From an uncultured Candidatus Saccharibacteria bacterium (lineage in GTDB: Bacteria; Patescibacteriota; Saccharimonadia; Saccharimonadales; CAYZZS01), in NCBI GenBank assembly GCA_964620175.1, contig CAZUIL010000001.1, positions 12,584 to 76,583 on the forward strand: a DNA stretch of 64,000 nt, in the 5' to 3' direction. The position numbers and the translations under genes were made by a program. Shown in pieces: positions 10,147-21,183 of this stretch (the stretch's first letter is position 1; every line of letters begins with the position of its first letter). Under the pieces are notes generated by a model that was given only the letters and a program-made list of their open reading frames with translations, had not been told where the DNA came from and ran no database searches.

Positions 10147-10576
10147 CCATGTTGTAGCCGGGGCTGTGATCGCAACGGCGTTCAAAAACCCGGTTGTCGC
10201 GTTGCCGCTCGCGTTCATGTCGCACTTCTTGCTCGATGCACTGCCACACTACGGCATTAAGGACCATACGACACCAAAGTTTGTGTATATATTAAGCCTT
10301 GATTTTGCTGTAGCCACGAGCTTTTTGTTGGCACTGGCTTTGCTTCAGCCACAGGGCTGGCAATACTTTCTACTGGCGGCTGTTGTCAGCGCCAGTCCAG
10401 ATCTGATGTGGCTGCCGCGCTGGATTAATGAATTGCGTTCCCGGGAGAACAGGCCGCTTCGCGGGCTTTCCAAATTGCATAGTAGCATCCAATGGAGCGA
10501 GCGTCCCTGGGGAGCACTCATTGAGGTCGCTGCTTTTGTCCTCGGTGTTTACGTTTTCCTCACGCTTTCCGCCTGA
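10133..10576 (+). CDS. Membrane-bound metal-dependent hydrolase-like protein (YdjM/DUF457-like)
   Basis: Polytopic membrane protein. The N-terminal NHVVAGAVIA and HFLLDALPH motifs resemble YdjM family proteins. It overlaps the hisS end by 14 nt. Confidence 0.45.
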   Translation: MTAANHVVAGAVIATAFKNPVVALPLAFMSHFLLDALPHYGIKDHTTPKFVYILSLDFAVATSFLLALALLQPQGWQYFLLAAVVSASPDLMWLPRWINELRSRENRPLRGLSKLHSSIQWSERPWGALIEVAAFVLGVYVFLTLSA

Positions 10577-10620
10577 GTTAGTCTGGATAGGACCTGGGTA
10601 ATATGGTAGAGTAAACCTCT

Positions 10621-11913
10621 ATGCATGTTGAGATTACAAAAGACGCGCCGACTAAAGTTCGGCTTACTATTAAAGGGAGCTCGGAGGAGTTGTCAAAATA
10701 TAAGGACATAGCACTTCGCCGGCTCAGTAAGAACCTGAAGGTGCCGGGTTTCCGGCAAGGCAAAGCACCCCATGCCGTCGTCGAGAAGCACATTGACCAA
10801 AATGTACTGCAGGGCGAATTCCTCGAGGAAGCGCTGGGCCAGCTATACGCTAAGGCTGCCCAAGACCAGGGGTTGCGGCCGGTAGACCGTCCGGAAGTTT
10901 CACTCAAAAAGTTCGTTCCATACAGCGTGCTTGAATTCGAGGCCGCCGTTGAAACCGTCAGCGATATCAAGCTACCGGACTATAAAAAGATAAAGAAGCA
11001 GCGGCAGACAGTAAAGGTCACCGAATCAGATGTTGACAAGGTGATTGAAAGCCTGCGCAACCGAGCCGCTGATAGGCGAGAGGTGGACCGGTCTGCAAAA
11101 GAAGGTGACCAGGTAGTGATAGATTTCTCCGGCAAGGATACCGAAGGCCAGCCTGTCCAAGGCGCAGAAGGAAAGGACTATCCATTGCTGCTTGGCAGCG
11201 ACGCGTTTATACCTGGTTTTGAGAAGCACCTCATCGGGATGAAGGCCGGAGAGGACAAATCCTTCACCTTAACTTTCCCGAAGGATTACGGTGCCAGGAT
11301 ACTGCAAGGTAAAAAAGTAATGTTTACGGTTACCGTCAACAAGGTACTTGAAGTGACCGAGCCGAAGGTTGACGATGCATTCGCTATGAAGGTCAGCCCA
11401 TTTAAAACCCTCGGCGAGTTGAGGGCGGACATTAAGCGACAAGTTATAGCTGAGCGTGAGAATCAGGCACGTACAGATTTGGAAAACGCGATCTTAGCCG
11501 ACATCATCAGTAAGACGAAAGTAGAGTTGCCCAAACGGCTTATAGACGAACAAGTGGACAGACTGATGCAGGAAGTACGTCAAAACCTAACGTACCAGGG
11601 ACTTACACTGAAGGAATATTTAGAGAACGAAGGGAAAACCGAACAACAGTTCCGCAATGACTCCCTACTGCCTCAGGCAATAGAACGGCTGAAAGGCGGA
11701 CTTGCCCTAAGTGAAATCGCTGAGCGGGAAAGCGTTACGGTTACACCTGAAGAACTTGAAGTGCGGATGCAGCTATTAAGCGGGCAGTACCAGGATAAGG
11801 CCATGCAGGCGGAACTCCAAAAGCCTGAGGCCCGGCGTGAGATAGCATCCCGAATGACAACTGAAAAAACGATGGACCTGCTGGTACAGTTCGCAGAAAC
11901 CAACAAGAAGTAA
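10621..11913 (+). CDS. tig: Trigger factor
   Basis: VPGFRQGKAP motif, a PPIase middle domain and a ~430-aa length. Confidence 0.9.
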   Translation: MHVEITKDAPTKVRLTIKGSSEELSKYKDIALRRLSKNLKVPGFRQGKAPHAVVEKHIDQNVLQGEFLEEALGQLYAKAAQDQGLRPVDRPEVSLKKFVPYSVLEFEAAVETVSDIKLPDYKKIKKQRQTVKVTESDVDKVIESLRNRAADRREVDRSAKEGDQVVIDFSGKDTEGQPVQGAEGKDYPLLLGSDAFIPGFEKHLIGMKAGEDKSFTLTFPKDYGARILQGKKVMFTVTVNKVLEVTEPKVDDAFAMKVSPFKTLGELRADIKRQVIAERENQARTDLENAILADIISKTKVELPKRLIDEQVDRLMQEVRQNLTYQGLTLKEYLENEGKTEQQFRNDSLLPQAIERLKGGLALSEIAERESVTVTPEELEVRMQLLSGQYQDKAMQAELQKPEARREIASRMTTEKTMDLLVQFAETNKK

Positions 11914-11964
11914 AGAAGATAATTAGCACTCTTGACCAACGAGTGCTAATTACAGTATGCTTGT

Positions 11965-12606
11965 ATGGGTAAGGGTATGATAAGCGTGAATGATACAAGC
12001 ATGAAACCGACAAGTTTTTTGATCCCAACCGTTATCGAAAGCGACGGCCGTATTGAGCGGGCGTATGACATATACTCCCGGCTGCTCAAAGACCGGATAG
12101 TGTTTTTAGGGGAAGATGTCAACCAACACACTGCGAACTTAATAGTCGCCCAGCTGCTTTTTTTGCAGGCCGAGGATGACAAGAAGGATATTTACCTCTA
12201 CATCAACAGCCCGGGCGGCAGCGTTTATGATGCGCTGGCTATTTATGACACCATACAATACGTTACCAATGACGTACAGACAGTCGGTATTGGCGTGCAA
12301 GCTTCAGCCGCTGCTTTTCTGCTGAGTTCGGGTACCAAGGGCAAGCGTTACTTGCTGCCGCACTCGACGGTGATGATCCACCAACCGTCCAGCGGTACAC
12401 GCGGCAAGGTGACTGACCAAGAAATTGATTTAAGGGAGTCATTGCGGGTTAAGCGGCTGCTTGAGTCAATAATGGCACGCAACACCGGCCAGCCGTTGGA
12501 GCGCATCCATGAGGATATGGAGCGCGACAAATGGATGGATGCTAAGGAATCCAAGAAATACGGCATCGTCGATCATGTCATCGAGACTGTAGCGTCGGTA
12601 AAATAG
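11965..12606 (+). CDS. clpP: ATP-dependent Clp protease proteolytic subunit
   Basis: ClpP motifs LIPTVIE...[16 protein letters not shown], and the catalytic Ser/His/Asp context. An alternative start is at 12001. Confidence 0.9.
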   Translation: MGKGMISVNDTSMKPTSFLIPTVIESDGRIERAYDIYSRLLKDRIVFLGEDVNQHTANLIVAQLLFLQAEDDKKDIYLYINSPGGSVYDALAIYDTIQYVTNDVQTVGIGVQASAAAFLLSSGTKGKRYLLPHSTVMIHQPSSGTRGKVTDQEIDLRESLRVKRLLESIMARNTGQPLERIHEDMERDKWMDAKESKKYGIVDHVIETVASVK

Positions 12607-12787
12607 TTGACGCCGCTGAATAAACACGGTAAGCTCATATCTAAGAAGTAGTGTAAGCTGGGCAGTGCTCGCATTTATGACAACACGACACCCAAAACAC
12701 CCGCTTAGTTTCCTTCGCGCGCTAAAGGTAAAACAATACACAAACCGTCCAAAACAGCACTAAGTAATAGGGGAGGTGTTATTACGC

Positions 12788-15700
12788 ATGGCAAAGACTG
12801 CAGCGAAACCAGCGGCAAAGCAGGCAACTAAGGGAAAAAGGATCTTCTTCACTGAGACGCAAGATATCCTTGACATGCCGAACCTTGTCGACCATCAGAA
12901 CCGTTCATTCCAATGGTTCGTAGAAGAGGGGCTAGGCGAACTTTTAGCCGAAATAAGTCCGATTGATGATTACACGGGAACCAAGCTTAGCTTGCGTTTT
13001 AAGGGGTACCGCTTTGAAGACCCCAAAATGGGCGAGGCCGATGCCCGGGAGAACAATGTTAGCTACGAAGCGCCCCTGAAGGCGACGGTAGAGCTTACGA
13101 ATAAGGTAACCGGCGAGGTAAAAGAGCAAGAGATATACCTTGGTGATTACCCATGGATGACCAAGCGAGGCACGTTTGTCATTAACGGTGCTGAGCGAGT
13201 GGTGGTGAGCCAGCTGATCCGGTCGGCGGGCGTATTCTTCACGGCTGACACGCACGGAACGTCAAATTTATATGGCGCTAAAGTTATTCCTGGGCGCGGT
13301 GCCTGGCTTGAGTTTGAGACTGCCGCCAACGGTGCCATTTACGTAAAAATTGACCGCAAACGCAAGATTCCTGTGACCACTCTGCTGCGCGCGCTGGGTG
13401 TTTCAGAGGCAAAGATGCGCGAAGTCTTCGCACACGTTGACCAGGGCAAACTGAACTACCTTGACGCCACGCTTGACAAAGACCCGGCTCGGGGGACCAA
13501 TGAAGCGCTCATTGAAGTGTACCGTCGGCTCCGCCCCGGCGACCTGGCTACGGTCGACAATGCCCGGAGTTTGCTCGAGAACATGTTCTATAACTTCAAG
13601 CGTTTTGATTTCAGCCGGGTTGGCCGGTACAAGATTAACAAACGACTCAATCTGGATGTACCGAATACTATCGAGAACCGCGTTATGCGACTCGATGACC
13701 TGCTGGCAATCGTTTCCGAAATAATCCGGCTCAACAATACGCAGGAACCAGCTGATGATATCGACTCGCTTGCGAACCGGCGTGTAAAGCTGGTGGGCGA
13801 GCTTGTGCAGCGGCAGTTCCGTATTGGCTTGCTCCGTATGGAACGCAATACAAAAGACCGCATGAGCATGTCGGAAATCGAAACGGTAACACCAGGCCAG
13901 CTTATTAACGCGCGGCCAATCGTTGCTGCTGTACGCGAATTCTTCGCATCGAGCCAGCTTTCGCAGTTCATGGACCAAATTAACCCACTGTCAGAACTGG
14001 CGCATAAGCGTCGCCTCAGTTCGATGGGACCGGGAGGCTTGAGCCGTGAACGTGCTGGATTTGAGGTCCGCGATGCCCATGCAACCCACTACGGACGCAT
14101 TTGTCCTGTAGAAACCCCGGAAGGCGCTAACATCGGCTTGGTGCTTAACCTGGCAATGTACGCACGGATTAATGAATACGGCTTTATAGAAACCCCGTAT
14201 CGCAAGGTGATCAATGCGGTTACCCCAGCGGAAGCTGCCGGTTATACCGCCAGCGTTGACCTGGAGGATGAAAGCGGTAAGGTTATCGTTAAGGCTGGCA
14301 AAACAATTACAGCAGCTGATGCCAAGAAACTGGCCGCTGTTAAGAGCCAAAAGACTTGGCCGGTCCAAGCTGTAGTTACCAATAAAGTGGAGTTTCTTGA
14401 CGCTGCCGAAGAGGAGGCAGCGGTTATTGCAAGCGCCGCTGAGGAAACTGACCAAAACGGCCATTTTGTCAACGAGCGCGTCAGCGCCCGCAACCGGTTG
14501 GTATTCGGCGAAGTTGACGCCAATGATATTACGCACATGGACGCGGCCCGCAAGCAGGTGATTGGTTCGAGCGCTGGACTGATACCGTTTATTGAAAAAA
14601 ATTACGTGTACCGCTCATTGATGGGAAGCAACCAGCAGCGTCAGGCTGTGCCGCTTATCTCCCCTTCTTCGCCTATCGTGGGTACGGGCCTGGAAACGGC
14701 TGCTGCCCGCAACACCGGCCAAGTAATTGCTGCCGAGGGCAACGGCGAAGTCCTAAAGGCGAGCGCCCAAGAAGTGGTGGTGAAATATAAAGACGGTACC
14801 GTTACATATGAGCCCCAACATTTTGTAAGGAGCAACGAAGGAACCTGTATAAACCAACGGGTAGTAGTTAATACCGGCGATAAGGTAAAAGCTGGTGACG
14901 TATTAATTGAAGGCATGTCAATCGCCGACGGCGAACTGGCCCTCGGAAAGGACCTTGTTGTCGCGTTTATGCCGTGGAGCGGTTATAACTTTGAGGACGC
15001 AATCGTTATTTCCCGCAAGCTGGTTGAGGACGACACGCTGACGTCTATCCACATCGTTGACTTCATGACCGAAGTCCGCGAAACAAAGCTGGGTCCGGAA
15101 ATTGTAACCCGTGATATCCCTAACGTTTCAGAAGACGCCCTTCGTCACCTCGATGAAGACGGGATAGTCAGGATCGGTGCCGAGGTGCACCCAGGGGACA
15201 TACTTGTCGGTAAGATTACGCCGAAGGGTGAGCAGGAGCTGTCAAGCGAAGAGCGGTTGCTTCGGGCAATCTTTGGCGAAAAGGCCAAAGAAGTTCGTGA
15301 TACGTCACAACGGATGAGCAACGGCAAGCACGGCAAGGTCGTAGGGGTCAAGGTGTTCTCCCGTGCGCACGGCCATGAACTCAAGGCCGGCGTCATCATG
15401 CAAATCCAGGTATTCGTCGCCCAGATGCGAAAGATAGCTGTTGGTGATAAGCTGGGCGGCCGTCATGGCAACAAGGGCGTTATAGCCCGGATTTTGCCAG
15501 TTGAGGATATGCCGTTCATGGAAGACGGCACGCCGGTTGATATTTTGCTAAATCCGCTGGGTGTTCCATCGCGTATGAATATCGGCCAGCTGTTTGAGAC
15601 ACATCTTGGCATGGCAGCACGGGCGCTTGGCATGAAAGTAGCTAGCCCTTCATTTGACGGGGTCTCAAGCGAAAAGATCCGGGACTTGCTGGGTGAAGCC

Positions 15701-16357
15701 GGCCTGCCGGAAGACGGCAAGCAGCAGCTCTATGATGGCCGTACCGGCGAAGCGTTCAAAGAGCGGACAACAGTAGGCAGCATGTACATCATCAAACTGA
15801 ACCACATGATTGCGGATAAGATACACGCCCGCTCAACAGGGCCGTACACCATGGTGACACAACAGCCGCTTGGCGGTAAGGCACAAAACGGCGGTCAGCG
15901 GTTTGGTGAGATGGAAGTCTGGGCGCTCGAAGCCTATGGCGCTGCCAATACGCTCCAGGAAATGCTGACGATTAAATCTGACGACGTATACGGCCGCAGC
16001 AAGGCTTACGAATCAATCATTAAGCGGACAGAAATAGTCGGGCCAAAGGTGCCTGAGAGCTTCAATGTGCTTGTTAAAGAGCTTCAGGGCCTCGGACTTA
16101 AGGTGGATTTGATTTCTTCCAATAAGATAGTGGATGCTGAAGACGTCCTTGCGACCAATATCAAGGATGAAGCGGCCAATCAGGCCGAGATAGAAGTGCC
16201 GCAAGACGAAGTGTCAGAAGTAGACGTTACCGATGATGCAACGACTGATGAGTTTACCGTGCTGGAGCTGGAAGACGAGCTGCCTGCCGGGGTCGCCGCA
16301 ACACAAGATGATGACGACGAGAATGGCAATGAAGAGGACGATAAGGAGGCAGCGTAA
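12788..16357 (+). CDS. rpoB: DNA-directed RNA polymerase subunit beta
   Basis: Full-length RpoB homolog with SD AGGGGAGG upstream. The acidic C-terminal tail is unusual. Confidence 0.95.
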   Translation: MAKTAAKPAAKQATKGKRIFFTETQDILDMPNLVDHQNRSFQWFVEEGLGELLAEISPIDDYTGTKLSLRFKGYRFEDPKMGEADARENNVSYEAPLKATVELTNKVTGEVKEQEIYLGDYPWMTKRGTFVINGAERVVVSQLIRSAGVFFTADTHGTSNLYGAKVIPGRGAWLEFETAANGAIYVKIDRKRKIPVTTLLRALGVSEAKMREVFAHVDQGKLNYLDATLDKDPARGTNEALIEVYRRLRPGDLATVDNARSLLENMFYNFKRFDFSRVGRYKINKRLNLDVPNTIENRVMRLDDLLAIVSEIIRLNNTQEPADDIDSLANRRVKLVGELVQRQFRIGLLRMERNTKDRMSMSEIETVTPGQLINARPIVAAVREFFASSQLSQFMDQINPLSELAHKRRLSSMGPGGLSRERAGFEVRDAHATHYGRICPVETPEGANIGLVLNLAMYARINEYGFIETPYRKVINAVTPAEAAGYTASVDLEDESGKVIVKAGKTITAADAKKLAAVKSQKTWPVQAVVTNKVEFLDAAEEEAAVIASAAEETDQNGHFVNERVSARNRLVFGEVDANDITHMDAARKQVIGSSAGLIPFIEKNYVYRSLMGSNQQRQAVPLISPSSPIVGTGLETAAARNTGQVIAAEGNGEVLKASAQEVVVKYKDGTVTYEPQHFVRSNEGTCINQRVVVNTGDKVKAGDVLIEGMSIADGELALGKDLVVAFMPWSGYNFEDAIVISRKLVEDDTLTSIHIVDFMTEVRETKLGPEIVTRDIPNVSEDALRHLDEDGIVRIGAEVHPGDILVGKITPKGEQELSSEERLLRAIFGEKAKEVRDTSQRMSNGKHGKVVGVKVFSRAHGHELKAGVIMQIQVFVAQMRKIAVGDKLGGRHGNKGVIARILPVEDMPFMEDGTPVDILLNPLGVPSRMNIGQLFETHLGMAARALGMKVASPSFDGVSSEKIRDLLGEAGLPEDGKQQLYDGRTGEAFKERTTVGSMYIIKLNHMIADKIHARSTGPYTMVTQQPLGGKAQNGGQRFGEMEVWALEAYGAANTLQEMLTIKSDDVYGRSKAYESIIKRTEIVGPKVPESFNVLVKELQGLGLKVDLISSNKIVDAEDVLATNIKDEAANQAEIEVPQDEVSEVDVTDDATTDEFTVLELEDELPAGVAATQDDDDENGNEEDDKEAA

Positions 16358-19300
16358 TGCGAAGGTTTTCATACGGCACGGATATAGCTGACTTTGACGC
16401 GGTACGTTTGGCTGTGGCCAGCCCCGAGGACATACTTGATTGGTCCTACGGTGAGGTTACAAAGCCAGAAACTATCAACTACCGCACGCAGAAGCCGGAA
16501 CGGGATGGTTTGTTCTGCGAGCGTATATTTGGGCCTGTCAAAGATATCAATCCCCATGATGCAAAATACAAAGGGGTACGTTCGCGTGAAGCTGCCGTCG
16601 ATAAAAATGGCGAGCTGGTAACAAAAAGCATCGTTCGCCGCGAGCGCATGGGCCATATTAACTTGGCTGTCCCCGTTGCGCACATTTGGTTCCTTCGCGG
16701 CACGCCTTCAGCGATTGGCCTGGTGCTTGGCTTGACGGTCAAAAACCTTGAGCGTATCGCTTACTTTGCCAGCTATGTCATCAAAAGTGTCGACACTGAG
16801 GCACGTGACAAGATGCTGGCTGACAAAGAGGCTGAGTTTGCCGCTGCTAAAGAAGCGATCAAGGCGCGCTATGAAAAAGAGGCTGAGAAGGAAGAGGCTA
16901 ATCTTAAGGCACTTGCCGAATTGCAATCAAAAGAGCTTGACGAGGTGAGCGCCGAATTCGAGCAGTTGAGCGAACAGTTGGGAAGCCTGGAAAAACTGCG
17001 GCTCATCAGTGAAACCGAGTACCGTAGCCTGCCTGACGAGCTCCAGAAGATGATTCAAGTGGGAATGGGTGGCGCTGCTCTTAAAGACCTGCTGAGCGAA
17101 GTGGATCTCGAGCAACTGATTGCTGACTTAACCGCTGAGGCCGAAGAAGCCAAAGGACAGCGCAAGAAGAAGCTGATGAAGCGTCTGCGCTTGCTTGAGA
17201 GCATGCACCGGGCTGGCATTAAACCGAGCAGCCTGTGTGTTTCCGTTTTGCCGGTAATTCCCCCTGATCTGAGACCAATGGTCCAGCTGACAGGCGGCCG
17301 TTTCGCGACGAGCGACCTGAATGACCTCTACCGCCGGGTCATCAACCGCAACAACCGACTGAAGAAGCTGATTGAGCTTAACGCACCAGAAGTCATTCGG
17401 CGCAACGAGCAACGCATGCTGCAAGAAGCGGTTGACGCGCTCATCGACAACAATAATGCCCGCTCTGGCCGTGCAGTTGCCGCGACCGGGCAACGGCGCC
17501 GTCTCAAGAGCTTAAGTGACATGCTAAAGGGTAAGCAAGGCCGCTTTAGGCAAAACTTACTCGGTAAGCGTGTTGACTATTCCGGTCGTTCAGTAATCGT
17601 TGCCGGTCCGGAACTCAAGATTAACCAATGCGGCCTGCCGAAAATGATGGCGCTTGAACTCTTTAAGCCCTTCGTCATCGGCGAACTGATAGCGCGTGAA
17701 CAAGCCCACAATATCAGGAGCGCATCACGCATGATCGAGACCGGCGAAACGGCAGTATGGGACGCACTGGATGAAGTAATCAAGGGCAAGTATGTATTGC
17801 TCAACCGGGCTCCGTCTCTGCACCGCTTGAGTATCCAGGCGTTCCAGCCGGTACTGATTGAGGGTAAGGCAATCCAGCTGCACCCGCTGGTCTGTAAAGG
17901 CTTTAATGCGGACTTTGACGGCGACCAAATGGCTGTCCACTTGCCGCTGTCTGACGAAGCCCAGTGGGAGGCACGGGAAATAATGAGCGCCGCTAAGAAC
18001 CTGCTTAAGCCGGCGGATGGCTCGCCAATCCTCCATATCGAACAAGACATCGTACTCGGCTGTTACTATCTGACCTATGACCGGCCAGGCAGTAATACGA
18101 ATGTACGCACCTACTCAAATGCCGGCGAGGCGTTGATGGCGCTCGACAGCGGTGTAATTACGCTGCAGTCGCCTATTCGTGTGACATTTCGCGGTGAGGT
18201 AAGGGAAACGACTGTCGGAAGAGTACTGTTTAACGAAGTATTCCCCAAAGACTTCCCCTTCCAGAACGAACCGATGACCAAGAAGCGGCTTCAAAGGGTT
18301 ATGGCGCTCGTATTCGAGCGGTACGGGCAAGAACATACGGCAATAATCGCTGACCACCTCAAAGACCTCGGTTTTGAGTACGCGACGAAGTCCGGTATCT
18401 CAATGGGCATGAGTGACTTCAGTGATGTTGTTGGCTATGAAGGCATCATCGGCGAGGGTGAAAAGCGGGCCGCAGAAATTAGCGATCAGTACGACCAGGG
18501 ATTCATCACTGACGAAGAGCGGTACCGGTTAACTATTGAGAACTGGATGGCAGTCAAGGACAACATGCAGGAGCAGCTGAGCGAGCAGTTCAGCAAAGAA
18601 GACTCTGCTATGTCTATCGCTGTTATTTCCGGTGCCCGCGGAAATATCGGACAGGTTATGACCGCTGTCGGGTTGCTCGGCATCGTCACCGACGCCACTG
18701 GCCGTGACATTGAGCTGCCGATTCGGTCCAACTATAAGGTAGGCTTGTCGCCGCTCGAGTATTTTACCGCGACCCGTGGTGCCCGGAAGGGTATGATTGA
18801 CACGGCGCTAAAGACGGCGGACTCCGGCTATCTGACTCGTCGACTTGTTGACGTAAGCCAAGACGTGTTCACAATTGAAGACGACGGCGAATTAGATCCT
18901 GGTTTCGCAATCTACCGCGCAGATGCTAACGAGATTGGTGTTACCTACGCCTCTCGGCTCGAGGGACGGTTTGCCGCAGAGACAATCGGCAAGCACGTCA
19001 AGAAGGGCCAGCTCATTACCCGAGAGATTGCCGAAGCAATCGAGGCAGAGGAATCACTTGACGGTGTCAAGATAATGAGCGTGCTTAGCTGCACGAGCGT
19101 ACGCGGCGTACCGAGGAAGTCTTACGGCCTTGATCCAGCAACTGGCGAACTGGTAGCCGAACGTTACCCTGTCGGCGTCATCGCCGCGCAAAGCATTGGC
19201 GAGCCAGGTACCCAGCTTACCCTGCGCACCTTCCATGGCGGTGGTGTCGCAGGTGACGATATTACCCAAGGTCTGCCTCGCGTCGAAGAACTGTTTGAAG

Positions 19301-20157
19301 TCCGTACGCCAAAAGGCCAGGCATATTTGTCTGAAATTGCCGGGACAGTAACCGCGTGGGAAGAAGGCGACCACTATATAGTGCAAGTTGCCGCTGAGGG
19401 CGAGGACAAGGTACAGCTGCAGCTAGAGGAGAGGACTCCACAAGTAGCAAACGGCACGGAAGTAGGCATCGGAGACGTAGTCGCTTCCCATGACGAAGGC
19501 GCGAGTCCGCTCGTGGCTCCGATAGCCGGGAAGGTCCACTTAACGAAGAAAACAGTCACGATTACCCCGACGAAACAGAGCGTTGTCCGCTATGAGATAC
19601 CTGGTTTCAAGCAGCTCGTGGTAAAAAACAATGATAAGGTTGTTGCCGGCCAGCGGCTGACAAACGGTTCGATTAACCTACATGAGTTGATGCGGTTGCA
19701 GGGCGTTGAAGCCACGCAGCGCTATATCATGAACGAGATATTGCGCATATTTGCTACCCAAGGGCAAAACATTGCCGACAAGCACCTGGAGATTATCGTA
19801 CGACAGATGTTCAGCCGTGTCCAAATCGAAGAAGCTGGTGACAGCGAATTTGTAACGGGTGACGTTGTAAGCAAGTTGGCGGTCGTTGAGGCTAACGAGC
19901 ACCTGATGAAGCAGGGCAAGCAGCCTGCCAAGTACAACCAACTGCTTCTGGGGATTACGAAAGCCAGCCTTTCTACCGACTCATTCCTCAGTGCGGCTAG
20001 CTTCCAGGATACGACCCGTGTGCTTATTGCGGCTGCTACGAGCGGCAAGGTCGATCACCTCTACGGTCTCAAGGAGAATGTCATACTTGGCCGGCCAATA
20101 CCGGTCGGTACTGGGTATAATCCCATTGAAGAGGAAGAAGAGATTGCAACAGGATAG
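16357..20157 (+). CDS. rpoC: DNA-directed RNA polymerase subunit beta'
   Basis: 1266 aa with the NADFDGD catalytic motif. TAATG start/stop overlap with rpoB. Confidence 0.95.
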   Translation: MRRFSYGTDIADFDAVRLAVASPEDILDWSYGEVTKPETINYRTQKPERDGLFCERIFGPVKDINPHDAKYKGVRSREAAVDKNGELVTKSIVRRERMGHINLAVPVAHIWFLRGTPSAIGLVLGLTVKNLERIAYFASYVIKSVDTEARDKMLADKEAEFAAAKEAIKARYEKEAEKEEANLKALAELQSKELDEVSAEFEQLSEQLGSLEKLRLISETEYRSLPDELQKMIQVGMGGAALKDLLSEVDLEQLIADLTAEAEEAKGQRKKKLMKRLRLLESMHRAGIKPSSLCVSVLPVIPPDLRPMVQLTGGRFATSDLNDLYRRVINRNNRLKKLIELNAPEVIRRNEQRMLQEAVDALIDNNNARSGRAVAATGQRRRLKSLSDMLKGKQGRFRQNLLGKRVDYSGRSVIVAGPELKINQCGLPKMMALELFKPFVIGELIAREQAHNIRSASRMIETGETAVWDALDEVIKGKYVLLNRAPSLHRLSIQAFQPVLIEGKAIQLHPLVCKGFNADFDGDQMAVHLPLSDEAQWEAREIMSAAKNLLKPADGSPILHIEQDIVLGCYYLTYDRPGSNTNVRTYSNAGEALMALDSGVITLQSPIRVTFRGEVRETTVGRVLFNEVFPKDFPFQNEPMTKKRLQRVMALVFERYGQEHTAIIADHLKDLGFEYATKSGISMGMSDFSDVVGYEGIIGEGEKRAAEISDQYDQGFITDEERYRLTIENWMAVKDNMQEQLSEQFSKEDSAMSIAVISGARGNIGQVMTAVGLLGIVTDATGRDIELPIRSNYKVGLSPLEYFTATRGARKGMIDTALKTADSGYLTRRLVDVSQDVFTIEDDGELDPGFAIYRADANEIGVTYASRLEGRFAAETIGKHVKKGQLITREIAEAIEAEESLDGVKIMSVLSCTSVRGVPRKSYGLDPATGELVAERYPVGVIAAQSIGEPGTQLTLRTFHGGGVAGDDITQGLPRVEELFEVRTPKGQAYLSEIAGTVTAWEEGDHYIVQVAAEGEDKVQLQLEERTPQVANGTEVGIGDVVASHDEGASPLVAPIAGKVHLTKKTVTITPTKQSVVRYEIPGFKQLVVKNNDKVVAGQRLTNGSINLHELMRLQGVEATQRYIMNEILRIFATQGQNIADKHLEIIVRQMFSRVQIEEAGDSEFVTGDVVSKLAVVEANEHLMKQGKQPAKYNQLLLGITKASLSTDSFLSAASFQDTTRVLIAAATSGKVDHLYGLKENVILGRPIPVGTGYNPIEEEEEIATG

Positions 20158-20282
20158 TAACTCTGGTAAAATTTACACCTGAGTTTCACAAGGAAGCAAC
20201 TAAGGCAGTTAAAACTGAGGTTTAGGGGTGTGCTGAGCCCGCTTTACTAAAATGGACTGCCGCTAGTTAAAGGAGCATTAGT

Positions 20283-20696
20283 TTGCCAACAATCAATCAG
20301 CTTGTTCGAAAACCCCGTGCCAAGGCGTCTGAGAAATCAAAGTCGCCGGCTTTGATGCGGGTTACGAACAACTTAAAGACAAGACACTACGAAAAGCCAT
20401 CGCCGTTCAAGCGCGGCGTATGCGTTAAAGTGACGACCAAAACCCCGAAGAAGCCGAACTCGGCGCTTCGCAAGGTTGCCCGTGTACGTTTGAACAATGG
20501 CTATGAAGTGTGGGCGTACATTGGCGGTGAGGGCCATAACCTGCAGGAGCATGCGGTAGTATTGGTCCGCGGCGGCCGTGTAAAGGACCTTCCTGGTGTC
20601 CGCTACCACATTGTCCGCGGCAGCCTTGACCTGCAGGGTGTACAGAACCGCAAGCAGGGCCGCTCCAAATATGGTTCAAAGAAGGAGAGCAAGTAA
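20283..20696 (+). CDS. rpsL: 30S ribosomal protein S12
   Basis: [11 protein letters not shown]... matches S12. TTG start. Confidence 0.93.
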   Translation: MPTINQLVRKPRAKASEKSKSPALMRVTNNLKTRHYEKPSPFKRGVCVKVTTKTPKKPNSALRKVARVRLNNGYEVWAYIGGEGHNLQEHAVVLVRGGRVKDLPGVRYHIVRGSLDLQGVQNRKQGRSKYGSKKESK

Positions 20697-21175
20697 TGCC
20701 GAGGAAGAAAACCAAAGCGCTTGTCCGTCCGGTTGAGCCTGACCGCATTTACAATAGCGTACAGGTACAGCGGGTTATAAATCGTGTCATGCTGGATGGC
20801 AAAAAGCAGCTGGCAGAACGGCTGGTGTACGAGGGCATGCAAAAGGCAGCAGACAAACTGAAGGTCAAAAATCCGCTCGAAGTATTCGAACAGGCCATGA
20901 AGAATGTCCAGCCGCATTTCGAGACACGCTCACGTCGCGTCGGCGGCGCTAACTACCAAATCCCCTTTGAAGTCCGTGGCCAAAGGCAAAACCATCTGAC
21001 GACCATGTGGTTTGTTCAAGCTGCACGGGCACGCAAAGGCATGAGCATGGCAGACCGTATCGCGCTTGAACTGATTGACGCGTACAACGGTGCCGGTGCC
21101 GCGGTAAAGAAGAAAGAAGATACCCATAAGATGGCTGAAGCCAACCGGGCCTTTGCCCATTTCGCGAGGTACTAG
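20696..21175 (+). CDS. rpsG: 30S ribosomal protein S7
   Basis: [16 protein letters not shown]... matches S7. Confidence 0.95.
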   Translation: MPRKKTKALVRPVEPDRIYNSVQVQRVINRVMLDGKKQLAERLVYEGMQKAADKLKVKNPLEVFEQAMKNVQPHFETRSRRVGGANYQIPFEVRGQRQNHLTTMWFVQAARARKGMSMADRIALELIDAYNGAGAAVKKKEDTHKMAEANRAFAHFARY

Positions 21176-21183
21176 AATTAGTC

